Below are positions 41,057 to 50,877 of a DNA stretch of 64,000 nt, one piece after another. Location of the stretch: contig JBGSUI010000069.1 in NCBI GenBank assembly GCA_041736175.1, positions 22,510 through 86,509 of the forward strand, written 5' to 3'. The notes beneath the pieces were generated by a model. The model did no database searches and was not told the origin of the DNA. It saw only the letters and a program-made list of their open reading frames with translations. A program made the translations under genes and the position numbers. Within the stretch, counting starts at the first letter, position 1, and each line of letters begins with the position of its first letter. This DNA comes from Oligoflexales bacterium (GTDB taxonomy: Bacteria; Bdellovibrionota_B; Oligoflexia; Oligoflexales; CAIYRB01).

Positions 41057-41464
41057 TTACTGGGGGCAAAGCTCGACTTTTGAGTTTTTTGGGAGGAGTA
41101 ACAGCAACACCGCGGCGGCTGGGTTAACAGATAAAACACCCCCGGTCACCAGATAATCAAAAAGTTTTTTAAGCGCTGAGAGCCTTAACATGATGGTTGA
41201 AGGTGAGTAGCCATCGAGTGTTTCCACATAAACGCTCACTGCGAGACTTGAAATACTTTGCAGCTTAAACCCCATGGTGTCACACCAATCAAGAAATTCA
41301 TGGACGGCGTGGAGGTACATGGTTCTGGTGCCGGCGTTTCTGATGGATGCGGCGAAGAATTCTAGAAAGCGGTAGCTTGCTTGGTCACCAGCCTCTTCGA
41401 TCACGGGGTGGACGCGTCTGATGACTTGAACACTTCCTGAGCGGGTGAGGGCGAACTCTTCCAT
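41057..41464 (-). pseudogene. Truncated tyrosine integrase (N-terminal SAM-like domain only)
   Basis: RFLEFFAASIRNAGTRTMY, LSALKKLFDYLV, NPAAAV, then ends without a catalytic domain. Confidence 0.75.
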
Positions 41465-42641
41465 AAGGGTCTCCCTTAAAAATATTTCTGAACCGGTTGA
41501 AATTTCTTTGACAATCCTAGCATGATCAGATCAGAAAATCTCGGGGAATGATACCTTAAAAGTTGTTTTTTATGGCGTTAAATTGCACATTCTAGCTAAA
41601 GATATTGATGGATCTATCAGGCTTAATATTACGCAAACGTTGACTCGATGGCTTTTTACTTTAAAAGGATTTATTTTACATTCGGCGCAAACAACCACCT
41701 CATTAGGAGCGAGATAGAAGCAACGATTTGCCCATTCTGTCCTATGAAAACGACCATCGGAGAATAATGAACCATCAGTGCTCAGTGGCTAATGTATATA
41801 GCCAGATTTGAAGTTCTTAACCATGTAGCCAGAAAACTTAGAGCCGAACTTCTTTTTTCGAAGCTACTAAAACGATTTAGAAGAAAAATCAGGAATCGAA
41901 TTTTCTAGAGATTTTTTTAGAAGATCACGTCTTTTCCGCAATTGGTCATCGATACGAGCTAATCCTAAATCGTTAACCAGCAGTAGATACTCAGTGATTT
42001 CCCGATCATTCCAGTTACCCACCAAAGCTCATTCCTTTCGGGTTAGTGCTTTGCTTTAGATAGCGAGCAACGTGCTCAATACGTCCTGCTTTAATCAAAT
42101 CCATAGGGCTTTCACCCAACCATTCGGGCCGACCTGAAAGAAGCCAACGTCGGCACTGTTTGATATCTCGAAATTGCAGAAACAAAACGGACGCGATATG
42201 CTTAAGGTGCGCAAATTTTGGATTGTTAAGAAGCTTCAGCGCATGCTGTTGCCTAACATTGCTGGGATACTCCTCAATTATGCTTCCAAGTTCATTCGAA
42301 ACATTTTGAATTGAGCAAGATCCGGCTCGCCTTGTGCATTAATGAAAGGATCTTCGAGTTGTAGAGCTATTATAGTGGCCCCCCTTATAAGGAGCATCGG
42401 CAAAACATGCCGAAAACCTAACTAATATATAACCAAATTGCAACCTGATCTTACTGACAATGTATTTTAAACCGTAATTTTTCTCTTCACGGAGCCGCCC
42501 AGGCCTAATAGTTTGGACTGGCCGCAAAATAATCCATGGGCGTCCCATTTAGAATATTAAAAATTGGCTTGATAGTGCTTGCCATTTTAAGTAATAGATA
42601 GCCAAGGTCTGTTAACTTAAGATTTTATTAAAGGAAAACCC

Positions 42642-43202
42642 ATGAGACACTCCTTACTTTTATCCATATCAAGCATTGTTGGACTAGGGTTATACAGCTC
42701 TAATTTAAATGCCGAAACCTATGGGAACCTACCAAAAGATCCAAGTTTGGCCGCAGTCTTTTATATGAATCTTCTTGTTCCTGAGGCAGAAGGTCCTTGT
42801 GATGTTGAAGAAGTTGACTATGTATCTGGTGGTAACTTTCAGTTTGCGGTTACCTGTGGAGATGTAAAACGAATTATCATCCAGTGGGACGAGAAATTTG
42901 CCCATTTCGGAACTGATAGCCGTGAGCCTCCCTTGAGCAGTGACCCCCTGACCGTTTTGGTGAAAGATCCGGGTTGCTACCGGCGTATGGGACACCGATT
43001 AGAATCCTTAGTAACAGCTCTTTCAGAGCAAAAAACGACGTGCTTTCTGAATCCTTTAGCAGTTCCTTACCCAATCGACCCAAGTGGCCCTGGATATCAC
43101 GAAAGGCAATTTATATGTGGCTTTGGCCAGGGATCTCAAAAGTACAATGTCACTGTCGTCCTTGACTCTAACAATCAATGCTCTTTAACTTCGCTTTATT
43201 AA
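42642..43202 (+). CDS. Secreted Cys-containing hypothetical protein
   Basis: SD AAGGA, signal peptide ending LNA, six Cys. Confidence 0.65.
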   Translation: MRHSLLLSISSIVGLGLYSSNLNAETYGNLPKDPSLAAVFYMNLLVPEAEGPCDVEEVDYVSGGNFQFAVTCGDVKRIIIQWDEKFAHFGTDSREPPLSSDPLTVLVKDPGCYRRMGHRLESLVTALSEQKTTCFLNPLAVPYPIDPSGPGYHERQFICGFGQGSQKYNVTVVLDSNNQCSLTSLY

Positions 43203-43271
43203 TTGGGGTGCCGGCAACATCCATGGGATAATGTGCAGGGGGAATCTGCCAATCCGAAGTAAAGGAACATC

Positions 43272-46043
43272 ATGAGCGGTATTGAAATTTCAAAGTTTGA
43301 ACAAGATTTAGAATACGTACTTCAATGTCTCCGTGAAGTTCTCCAGGACCTAGGCCACGACGAACTCTTACCCTTTATTCCCTTTGCTCGCTTAGATCCT
43401 GGCAAGCATCAAGAGGATTATACAGCTGTTCCAGCCCAAGCCATTAAACTTGTCCAAATTTTGTCCCTTTCGTTTCAGCTGCTCAATATGGTCGAAGAAA
43501 ACGTCAACGTCCAACAGCGGCGAGCAGCCCAGTCTACGGGACGTCTCGAGATGGAAGCAGGGCTCTGGCCGTGGACCTTAAAGGAGCTTGACATACAAGG
43601 TTATGGCGAAGCAGCTATTCGGGAAACGATTCGACAGCTCCATGTGGAGCCCGTCTTGACGGCCCATCCTACCGAAGCTAAGAGATCGACGATTTTAGAG
43701 CATCACCGGGATTTCTATCTGCTTCTCGTTAAACGAGAAAACCAGATGTGGACCCCCGTAGAAAAGCTCTGGCACAAAGAAGAGATGAAAACCATCCTAG
43801 AGCGTTTGTGGCGAACCGGCGAGATTTTCCTGGAGCGGCCCGATGTGGATTCAGAGCTACGGAATATTTTGCATTATCTCAAAAACGTTTTTCCTCAGCT
43901 TTTGCCCTGGCTCGACAATCGTTTTGAACGGGCCTGGAAAGAGATGGGATACCAATCTGAGCTGGATTTTTTAGAGGGGGATTTTCCCAAGTTTCAGCTA
44001 GGAACCTGGGTCGGTGGCGACCGGGATGGACATCCTTTTGTGAGCGGCCAAATCACCAAAAAGGCCTTGGTTGAGCTGCGGCTCAATGCTCTGATCGTGC
44101 TGAGGCATAAGTTGATCGATCTGGCCAAAAAGCTCAGTTTGGCTGATGATCACCAAAAAGTTCCTGCGATCCTCGTGGAACGCCTGAACTCCTATAAAGA
44201 TCGCGATCTCTCCCTGTACCAACGTGCCATCCAGCGCAATCCAAGGGAGTCATGGCGTAACTTGGTTCAAATCATCTTAGAACGATTGCCGATCGAAGTG
44301 GTCAGAGAGCATGTGACGGAACTCCAGGAACACCCTCTCAGTTATAAAAACCCTGAAGAGATGAAAGCTGACCTCCGGGTTCTTGCCCTTTCGCTCAAGG
44401 CTATCGGAGCCCAAAGGCTTGCAAATACAGAACTCCATGATACCGTACGGCTCCTTGAAACCTATGGGTTTCACTCGGCGCGGCTTGACCTACGCCAAAA
44501 CAGCCGGTTTCACGAGGCTGCGCTCCAACAACTCTTAGAGATTGCCGGGGTTGATGAGGGCAGCACCTACAGCCAATGGAGTCGCGATAAAAAAGTCCAT
44601 TTTTTTGAGAAAGAATTACAAAATACCCGTCCATTTACCTCGCGGACTCAAAGCTACACGGTTCAAGCCAAAGATGTGATGGAAAGCCTCCAGGTTTTTC
44701 TCCACTACCGCCAGAGTTATGGGGGAGAAGGTCTAGGAGCCTATATCGTCAGTATGACCCATACGGTCGAAGATCTTTTTACCGTTTACCTCCTATCCAG
44801 GGAGGCTGGCCTCTGTGAGGTCGTAGATCGTCAGCTTATCTGTCCTCTGCCCGTAGTACCGCTTTTTGAGACCATCAATGATCTTGAAGCGAGCGTTGGG
44901 ATCATGGAGGCTTTCCTAAGTCACCCGATGACTGTTGCCAGCCTAAAATTTCAACAAAAAGAGCGAGGTCTCAAGCGCCCCCAACAGCAGATTATGGTGG
45001 GCTATAGCGATAGTTGTAAGGATGGTGGGATTTTTGCGAGCCAATGGCACCTTTACCTGGCTCAAAGTCAGTTGGCAAAAATGGCCGCAAAATTTGATGT
45101 GGAGCTGTGTTTTTTCCATGGTCGGGGAGGGACCGTCAGCCGGGGCGCGGGTCCGGTGCACCGATTTATGCAGTCGCTGCCTCCAGGCGGGCTTACGGGA
45201 GCCTTTCGGATGACGGAGCAAGGGGAAACCATTGCCCGCAAGTATGCCAATCAAGCCACTGCTGTTTATAATATCGAGCTGCTCCTAGCCAGTGTGACCG
45301 CTGAGACCTTGCGGAGTCCACAAAAGCAGGAGATGGGGCAGGAGTTTTCCCGGATGATGGGACAGCTAGCTGCCAGGAGCCGTGAGGTCTACCGCCAACT
45401 GATTACACGATCCGATTTTATGACCTTTTTTAGACAAGCCACCCCTATCGATGTCCTTGAACACAGCCGCATTGGAAGCCGACCTCCAAAGCGTACCGGA
45501 CAAGCTACCCTAGATGATTTAAGAGCTATTCCTTGGGTGTTTAGTTGGAACCAGGCGCGGTTTTATCTTCCGAGCTGGTATGGTGTCGGGTCGGCACTGG
45601 CCGAGCTTGAGCAAAATCATCCTGAAGACTTCAAATCATTACTGAGTCATCTAAACCAAAATACACTGCTTAATTATGTACTGCATAATGTGGAAACTAC
45701 GGTGGCCTCCGCCAGTGAGGAGATCATGCTCGCCTATGGTGGGCTTATCCAAGATCCCGCCTTAAGAAAGACCTATATGGACCTTATTCTGGGCGAGTAT
45801 CGTCGCACCCGGCAGATTCTTATCAGAGTCTTTGGTTCGCCGATCGAGGACCGACGTCCCCATGTGGTCAAAACCATCTCGCTCAGGGAACCCAGCCTTA
45901 AGGTCTTGCATGACCTGCAGATCTATCAACTCCAAGAGTGGCGGCGAAGCGATCCCAAGGATACCGTGAGGCGAGAGGCTCTCCTCCAAAAGATCTTTAC
46001 CACGATTAATGGGATTGCAAGCGGGCTACGCAATACTGGTTAA
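43272..46043 (+). CDS. ppc: Phosphoenolpyruvate carboxylase
   Basis: VLTAHPTE, GGDRDG, VPLFET, MVGYSDSCKDGG, FHGRGG, LRAIPWVFSW, GLRNTG. Confidence 0.96.
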   Translation: MSGIEISKFEQDLEYVLQCLREVLQDLGHDELLPFIPFARLDPGKHQEDYTAVPAQAIKLVQILSLSFQLLNMVEENVNVQQRRAAQSTGRLEMEAGLWPWTLKELDIQGYGEAAIRETIRQLHVEPVLTAHPTEAKRSTILEHHRDFYLLLVKRENQMWTPVEKLWHKEEMKTILERLWRTGEIFLERPDVDSELRNILHYLKNVFPQLLPWLDNRFERAWKEMGYQSELDFLEGDFPKFQLGTWVGGDRDGHPFVSGQITKKALVELRLNALIVLRHKLIDLAKKLSLADDHQKVPAILVERLNSYKDRDLSLYQRAIQRNPRESWRNLVQIILERLPIEVVREHVTELQEHPLSYKNPEEMKADLRVLALSLKAIGAQRLANTELHDTVRLLETYGFHSARLDLRQNSRFHEAALQQLLEIAGVDEGSTYSQWSRDKKVHFFEKELQNTRPFTSRTQSYTVQAKDVMESLQVFLHYRQSYGGEGLGAYIVSMTHTVEDLFTVYLLSREAGLCEVVDRQLICPLPVVPLFETINDLEASVGIMEAFLSHPMTVASLKFQQKERGLKRPQQQIMVGYSDSCKDGGIFASQWHLYLAQSQLAKMAAKFDVELCFFHGRGGTVSRGAGPVHRFMQSLPPGGLTGAFRMTEQGETIARKYANQATAVYNIELLLASVTAETLRSPQKQEMGQEFSRMMGQLAARSREVYRQLITRSDFMTFFRQATPIDVLEHSRIGSRPPKRTGQATLDDLRAIPWVFSWNQARFYLPSWYGVGSALAELEQNHPEDFKSLLSHLNQNTLLNYVLHNVETTVASASEEIMLAYGGLIQDPALRKTYMDLILGEYRRTRQILIRVFGSPIEDRRPHVVKTISLREPSLKVLHDLQIYQLQEWRRSDPKDTVRREALLQKIFTTINGIASGLRNTG

Positions 46044-46044
46044 A

Positions 46045-46926
46045 TTATGGTCCACTGTTTTTGTGGAGGAACCAATCCCGCCGGATCGCTTCATCCATGT
46101 CTAGGGGGCTGCCTTCAATCTCCATATCGCGGAGTTGCTGGTAAATTCGTTCTTCATAGAGTTTGGCCGCCTTTGTCGAAAGGTTGCCGTAGTATTGGTT
46201 TAAGCGAGATTGCACTTCTGAGGCTGGTATAATCTCAGATATGCGGGCTTTTTCTCGGGGTGTGAGCGGTTTGACCTGGGGTGGCGCTGGAGCTTTTAAG
46301 GGGGGCTGAATTTGAGCTGGTTTTGGTGCTGGAGAGGGAGGATTTTGGTTGGACCGCTTTTCGTCCCATTCTTCGTTGATCTCGTCCCCGTTGTCCTCAT
46401 GGCCTTTGCCTTGGGGGGCTTTCCCCCCCTTTTTTGGGCTCTTGGCAATCGATGTCAGCTCAAAAAAGATTTCGGTATCGCTGACCTTCCATATACAGTC
46501 GTTATACCAGTCAATTCCTCCTCCAATCGCCAGTCCTAACCATCCCCCCCAAAGGATGTTGCCTAAGGTCCAAAGATTTAGGGTTGAGCTATGCTGGTAG
46601 GTGAGAGGTTTATACCCCGGTTTGGATACACTCATGCTGAAATCTTTGTTTTTGTCGATAGCGAGATTGCATGGAGTGGTGCATGGTCCATAGCCTTCTA
46701 CCTCGGCGAATGCACCGGATGGCTCCGAAGTGATCTCGATGGTCTCAGGATCTTGAAAATTCTTGACGATGCTTGCGCAGCTTAAGTTTAGCGCCACCAT
46801 GACTAAGGCAGCCCACAGCCTAAAAAAGCCTAATAACCACCCGCCGCATGGCAGCCCGCTGGAGAGTCTTATCGGTTGGCGGCGGGTTTTTCTCGTCCCA
46901 TTCCCGCGGTGGTTTATGATCTGCAT
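46045..46926 (-). CDS. PEGA-domain lipoprotein with Pro-rich tail, downstream of motB (true start probably near 46800-46830)
   Basis: LSCAS lipobox, ITSEPSGA...TTPC...SKPGY (PEGA), GNILWGGWLGLAIGGGID glycine-rich helix. Confidence 0.7.
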   Translation of the reverse strand: MQIINHRGNGTRKTRRQPIRLSSGLPCGGWLLGFFRLWAALVMVALNLSCASIVKNFQDPETIEITSEPSGAFAEVEGYGPCTTPCNLAIDKNKDFSMSVSKPGYKPLTYQHSSTLNLWTLGNILWGGWLGLAIGGGIDWYNDCIWKVSDTEIFFELTSIAKSPKKGGKAPQGKGHEDNGDEINEEWDEKRSNQNPPSPAPKPAQIQPPLKAPAPPQVKPLTPREKARISEIIPASEVQSRLNQYYGNLSTKAAKLYEERIYQQLRDMEIEGSPLDMDEAIRRDWFLHKNSGP

Positions 46927-47458
46927 AGGCCTCTACCCTTAATTTTTGAGGATTGATTCCAGCAAGCTCAAGACGCTCTCTGATAGCCATGGCCCTCGCA
47001 CTGGAGAGTTCCCAGTTGCTTTTGAAGATTCCATTATTAATGGGGGTCTCGTCGGTATGTCCTTCGATGGCGATCCGGTACTTTTCGCTAAACGGTTTAA
47101 GAGACTGCATCACCTTGGCAAGGGGCTCCTCCATCTCCCCTTTCACCACGGCCTGGCCAGAGTCAAAAGTGACTCCGGAGTGAAAGGAGATCTCAAGGCC
47201 ATCAGTGGTGAGTTGTACCTGGACGGACTGGGTGAGCTTTTGTTCTTCAAGGGCTTTTTTGACCTCAACTGAAGCAGCTTTAAGGCTTGTGGCGCTAGGT
47301 TTTTTTTGGCCTAAAGCTTCTGCGATTTGCTCCATCTTTACCGTGCGCATATCCGAGGCCGATAAGATCAAGACAAAATAAATCAATAGATTTGTGATCA
47401 GATCGGCGTAGGAAGTCAGCCATCCTTCGTTTGAGGACCTAAGACGCCGCAAGGTCAT
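46820..47458 (-). CDS. motB: MotB-type stator subunit with OmpA-like peptidoglycan-binding domain
   Basis: WLTSYADL (ion-binding Asp), FDSGQA, IEGHTD, SNWELSSARA, RRVVI. Confidence 0.9.
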   Translation of the reverse strand: MTLRRLRSSNEGWLTSYADLITNLLIYFVLILSASDMRTVKMEQIAEALGQKKPSATSLKAASVEVKKALEEQKLTQSVQVQLTTDGLEISFHSGVTFDSGQAVVKGEMEEPLAKVMQSLKPFSEKYRIAIEGHTDETPINNGIFKSNWELSSARAMAIRERLELAGINPQKLRVEAYADHKPPREWDEKNPPPTDKTLQRAAMRRVVIRLF

Positions 47459-48237
47459 GGATGATCCCCGATTGATTTAGGCTGTCGGTTTTCTGAAACG
47501 AGGGCGGTGATCGTGGTTTCGATAAGGTCCAGCTGTGTCAATCGGTCGTTGAGTTGGTTGTTGATCCGAGAGGCCATGGGGCCACCTAAAGCCGCACCTG
47601 TGGCGATCCCATAGAGGGTCGCCAAAAGCGCCATCGCCATGGATCCGCCGAGATTGCTGGGATCGTCTCCCATATTTTTAAAGAGTTGAACCATTCCCGT
47701 GACGGTTCCGACCATGCCAAAGGATGGTGCAAGTTTGCCCACCATCTCCCATGCCTCGACGACCGGGCCAAATTCTTGTAGATAGCGGGTGCGTTGCTGC
47801 ATAAACCGTTCGCTCAGGGAGTCTCCCGACTGCTGTAGGAGGAGCACATCGGCAGCGAGGCGGATTTCAGGAGTTTTACCCTGGTCCACCAACCCGAGGA
47901 TCACGCTGCGGCGCCCCTCCCGCCAGGCCGAACGAATCTCTTGCAGCCCCTGTCTGGTCTCTTCGATGGTTTTAGAAAAGGGCCGGGCCGCGGGGAAGAC
48001 TTCCCAAAAAGACCGCATCATGGCCAAGAGTGCGTTGCGATCATTTGCGACCAGTAACGCTCCTAGAACACCACCAAAAACCACAATCGCCGCATGGGGA
48101 TCAAAAAAACCAATCTTAACCCCAGATCGTTCCATCAGGGCAGTGTAGGTTACGCCAGCGAGGATCAAGATACCAAGTAAAGGAGTGAGCACGGATGGTC
48201 TCCAGGCGTCTTGTGGATAAGAGTTCAATGAACCCAT
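47455..48237 (-). CDS. motA: MotA/PomA-type stator subunit
   Basis: FFDPHAAIVVFGG, APSFGMVGTVTGMV, NMGDDP, MAMALLATLYG. Confidence 0.88.
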   Translation of the reverse strand: MGSLNSYPQDAWRPSVLTPLLGILILAGVTYTALMERSGVKIGFFDPHAAIVVFGGVLGALLVANDRNALLAMMRSFWEVFPAARPFSKTIEETRQGLQEIRSAWREGRRSVILGLVDQGKTPEIRLAADVLLLQQSGDSLSERFMQQRTRYLQEFGPVVEAWEMVGKLAPSFGMVGTVTGMVQLFKNMGDDPSNLGGSMAMALLATLYGIATGAALGGPMASRINNQLNDRLTQLDLIETTITALVSENRQPKSIGDHP

Positions 48238-48359
48238 TTTAGTCTACCAGGATCAATCTTCGAAAACCTAAGTTTTTTTATTAACAAACTAAAAATGATT
48301 CTGTAAACTGGGGCTTAACAAACACGCTTTGCACCGCGACCTTTGCGAGCTAGAAACCC

Positions 48360-49133
48360 ATGAGGTTCCCCTACCAAAAATTGAGCCTCTTGCCAATCCT
48401 CACAACACTGGGTTGTGTAGAGTTTGTGACACCTGCGGGGGGATGGCTAGAGCCGGTGGACTTGCAACTCAATCAGGAATCCCTTAAGGGGCAAACCATC
48501 GGCCTCGAATGTGGATGGGAAGAATTTCAATTTTTTAATAGGCTAGAAAAGTGGGAGCCCTATCGACCCCAAGAATCGCAAAAAGGCAATGCAAGGGGCG
48601 AAAGAGTCCTCTCCCCAAAAAAAGTGGGGGGCCTCGAATCTGATAACCAATATACTGAAATGAATGAATCAGGTCTGAGCACTCTATCTTGTTTTAGGAT
48701 GGCTCAGGTCATCAGATCCTTGGGAGCCAACCTTTGGGATCCTGACTCGCAGACTGATCCTGACTTTAAGGTAAGGTACCTAAATATGGACCCTGAGCGG
48801 GACTACTGCGGCTGGACGGCTGTTCCCTATGTTTTAAGCTTCACCTTATTTCCCTGTTTAGAATACCTTAAATCACAAGCAGTTATCACTTTTCTTGGAG
48901 ACCATGGGAAATATGAAAAGAAATTGACATTAGCGGCTGACATCACGGCTGTCTATGGAGTCTGGGTGTTTTACTTTATAGGTGTCGATCTCTTTCGTCC
49001 AGCCGCAAACCAGCGCGGCTTTAGGAAGCAAAGGCTGGGACGAGATACCATTCAAACAATCCAAAACCACCTCTATAGCTTTCAGATGCAGCTCGCCAAA
49101 AAATCTTTGGCACAGTCTGGAGACCAAAGATGA
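48360..49133 (+). CDS. Hypothetical lipoprotein, first gene of envelope operon
   Basis: Lipobox TLGC; ATGA overlap with next gene. Confidence 0.7.
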   Translation: MRFPYQKLSLLPILTTLGCVEFVTPAGGWLEPVDLQLNQESLKGQTIGLECGWEEFQFFNRLEKWEPYRPQESQKGNARGERVLSPKKVGGLESDNQYTEMNESGLSTLSCFRMAQVIRSLGANLWDPDSQTDPDFKVRYLNMDPERDYCGWTAVPYVLSFTLFPCLEYLKSQAVITFLGDHGKYEKKLTLAADITAVYGVWVFYFIGVDLFRPAANQRGFRKQRLGRDTIQTIQNHLYSFQMQLAKKSLAQSGDQR

Positions 49134-49717
49134 CACCCCTGTTTATGGTTGCTTCTCTGGTCGTGGTCTCTCTGTCGTTGCCAGTGCAGTTTTTACTGTC
49201 GCCCCAGTGGGCTTTTGAACTGGGATTGGTCTCCGCTGAACCACCCCTTTGCCGCCCTGAAACCCCCTTTGAAACGGCAAGTAGGTACCGTGAAGGCAGT
49301 GGAAAGGCGTGGCGGTTTTCCCGCCGCGAAGCTATGATTTGTCCCCGAAATCTCTTTGGGCGGCGGGACCGCAATACTTACTACAACTTTGTGTTTGATC
49401 GAAGTTCCCAGGTCCTCGAAGCCATGGGGCGGCGTGCCATAAAGATCATTGATGAAACCCCTCGGGGTCGCGGTCTGTCCTGGAGCATAAGCCTTAACGA
49501 AGACGTTCCCCGTGAAATGCGCCAAACCTTGCTGGCAACCTTACAGACAAACCTAGTCCAGGCCCTCGGTCCCGGAAGGGTTCTTAGACAGCGATCTTCA
49601 GTCAAACCCCATGTGCTTTTGTCCGTAGGGACCCAAGCTGTGATTGACCCACAGTTGTTGTTTTATGGTGAGGTCCGTTTGATAGACGAGGCAAAGGTGC
49701 AGTCTTGGAAAATCTAA
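49130..49717 (+). CDS. Hypothetical exported/membrane-anchored protein
   Basis: Hydrophobic N-terminus; coupled to both neighbours. Confidence 0.65.
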   Translation: MTPLFMVASLVVVSLSLPVQFLLSPQWAFELGLVSAEPPLCRPETPFETASRYREGSGKAWRFSRREAMICPRNLFGRRDRNTYYNFVFDRSSQVLEAMGRRAIKIIDETPRGRGLSWSISLNEDVPREMRQTLLATLQTNLVQALGPGRVLRQRSSVKPHVLLSVGTQAVIDPQLLFYGEVRLIDEAKVQSWKI

Positions 49718-50877
49718 CTTTAGCCAAAATCATAGGGTTTCTTGCCATCCTCCTGGGGATGCCCAGCGGTGTCGCGATTGGTGCAGGAAATCAAGAGGTG
49801 ATCCTTGCGGATATCCGACTAATGGGTGCCGATTTAGTCGATGAAATGGTCTACCAGTGGCAGGAGGCTCCCCCGCTTGGAGGTTTGGGAAACCCGGCTC
49901 CCCTGGTACTGGTGGGGGTCCAAGCACCCCTGGGGCTTGACGTCCGCTTTAAAGAGCTGGTCGAAAATCGACTTTTTGAACTCCTTAGGCAAAACCCCAA
50001 AATTCAGGTAAACCTAGCCTACTGTGGTCCCTGCCGCCAATGGGTGGCTAAGTCCAATCCTACGGGGACGGTTTTAGCATGGGCTATTGACCAACCCGAG
50101 GTGCTCCAGGATCTCATGGCGGCGACGCCCGAACGCTATGGTTTGGTGTTGAATTTTGAGAGTGAAGCCCATGACCTCGTGCTGCGCGCTCAGATTTTTA
50201 CCTTAGGGGGGAATCAAAAGATCCTTTGGGCTAAGACCATCGCCACAGCAAGCACAGCCCGTAGAGTGCTGCGGGACGAAACTCCGCTGATCAGTTTGAG
50301 TGCCGCCAAAAAACAACAGGATGATATCCTGAATCGCCATGATCCTCTTGAGGTCACAAGCCGGATCGCCGTGCGGATCTTTCGCCCAGGCAGCGATGCG
50401 TCCCAGACGGCCCTTCCTCTGCCCTTTTTAGAGCAAAGTTTTGAGGTGGTCCCACTCCCCCAAAGAAACCTTCGGTCGGCCATTACCTTTGGGTTTACCA
50501 GCATTCAAGAATCCTTAAGTGGCTGGAGTGTGGGAGGGCACCTAGCCGGTTTGATCCTCCGAGACCGACCATCCCTTGTGAATCCAGACCTCTATTGGCT
50601 CTTCGGAGCCCATTATATACGCCTCAGGGGGCCTGGGGCAGCGGCCTTTGGCGCAAAACAATTGGATATTGATACCATCAGAAATATCCAACGGGAACCC
50701 AAAGCAACTCTGGTTTCCTGGCGCCTGGGGATCGAGGCTCACATAAAACATCGCCTCGGTTTCTTGTTGTTCTTAGAAGATCTCCCTATTCTAAAGAAAA
50801 ACGAAGCTTTTGACCAAGATTATTTTCTTGGAATTCCCTATTTGGCTTATGGATTTGGGGTTCTTATCAAATGGTAG
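49705..50877 (+). CDS. Secreted protein with CxxC alpha/beta domain and probable C-terminal OM beta-barrel
   Basis: Signal peptide, YCGPCRQW, LRAQIF...ILWAKT, terminal YGFGVLIKW. Confidence 0.6.
   Translation: MENLTLAKIIGFLAILLGMPSGVAIGAGNQEVILADIRLMGADLVDEMVYQWQEAPPLGGLGNPAPLVLVGVQAPLGLDVRFKELVENRLFELLRQNPKIQVNLAYCGPCRQWVAKSNPTGTVLAWAIDQPEVLQDLMAATPERYGLVLNFESEAHDLVLRAQIFTLGGNQKILWAKTIATASTARRVLRDETPLISLSAAKKQQDDILNRHDPLEVTSRIAVRIFRPGSDASQTALPLPFLEQSFEVVPLPQRNLRSAITFGFTSIQESLSGWSVGGHLAGLILRDRPSLVNPDLYWLFGAHYIRLRGPGAAAFGAKQLDIDTIRNIQREPKATLVSWRLGIEAHIKHRLGFLLFLEDLPILKKNEAFDQDYFLGIPYLAYGFGVLIKW

Noticed and set aside
46820..48237. Zorya (ZorAB) anti-phage system
   Set aside because: The MotA-like protein is only 260 aa with no long cytoplasmic tail, and no ZorC/D/E-like helicase or nuclease genes are adjacent.
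46820..48237. ExbBD/TolQR or AglRQS motor
   Set aside because: The B subunit has WxxSYAD and an OmpA-like peptidoglycan-binding domain, which is MotB-type rather than ExbD/TolR-type.
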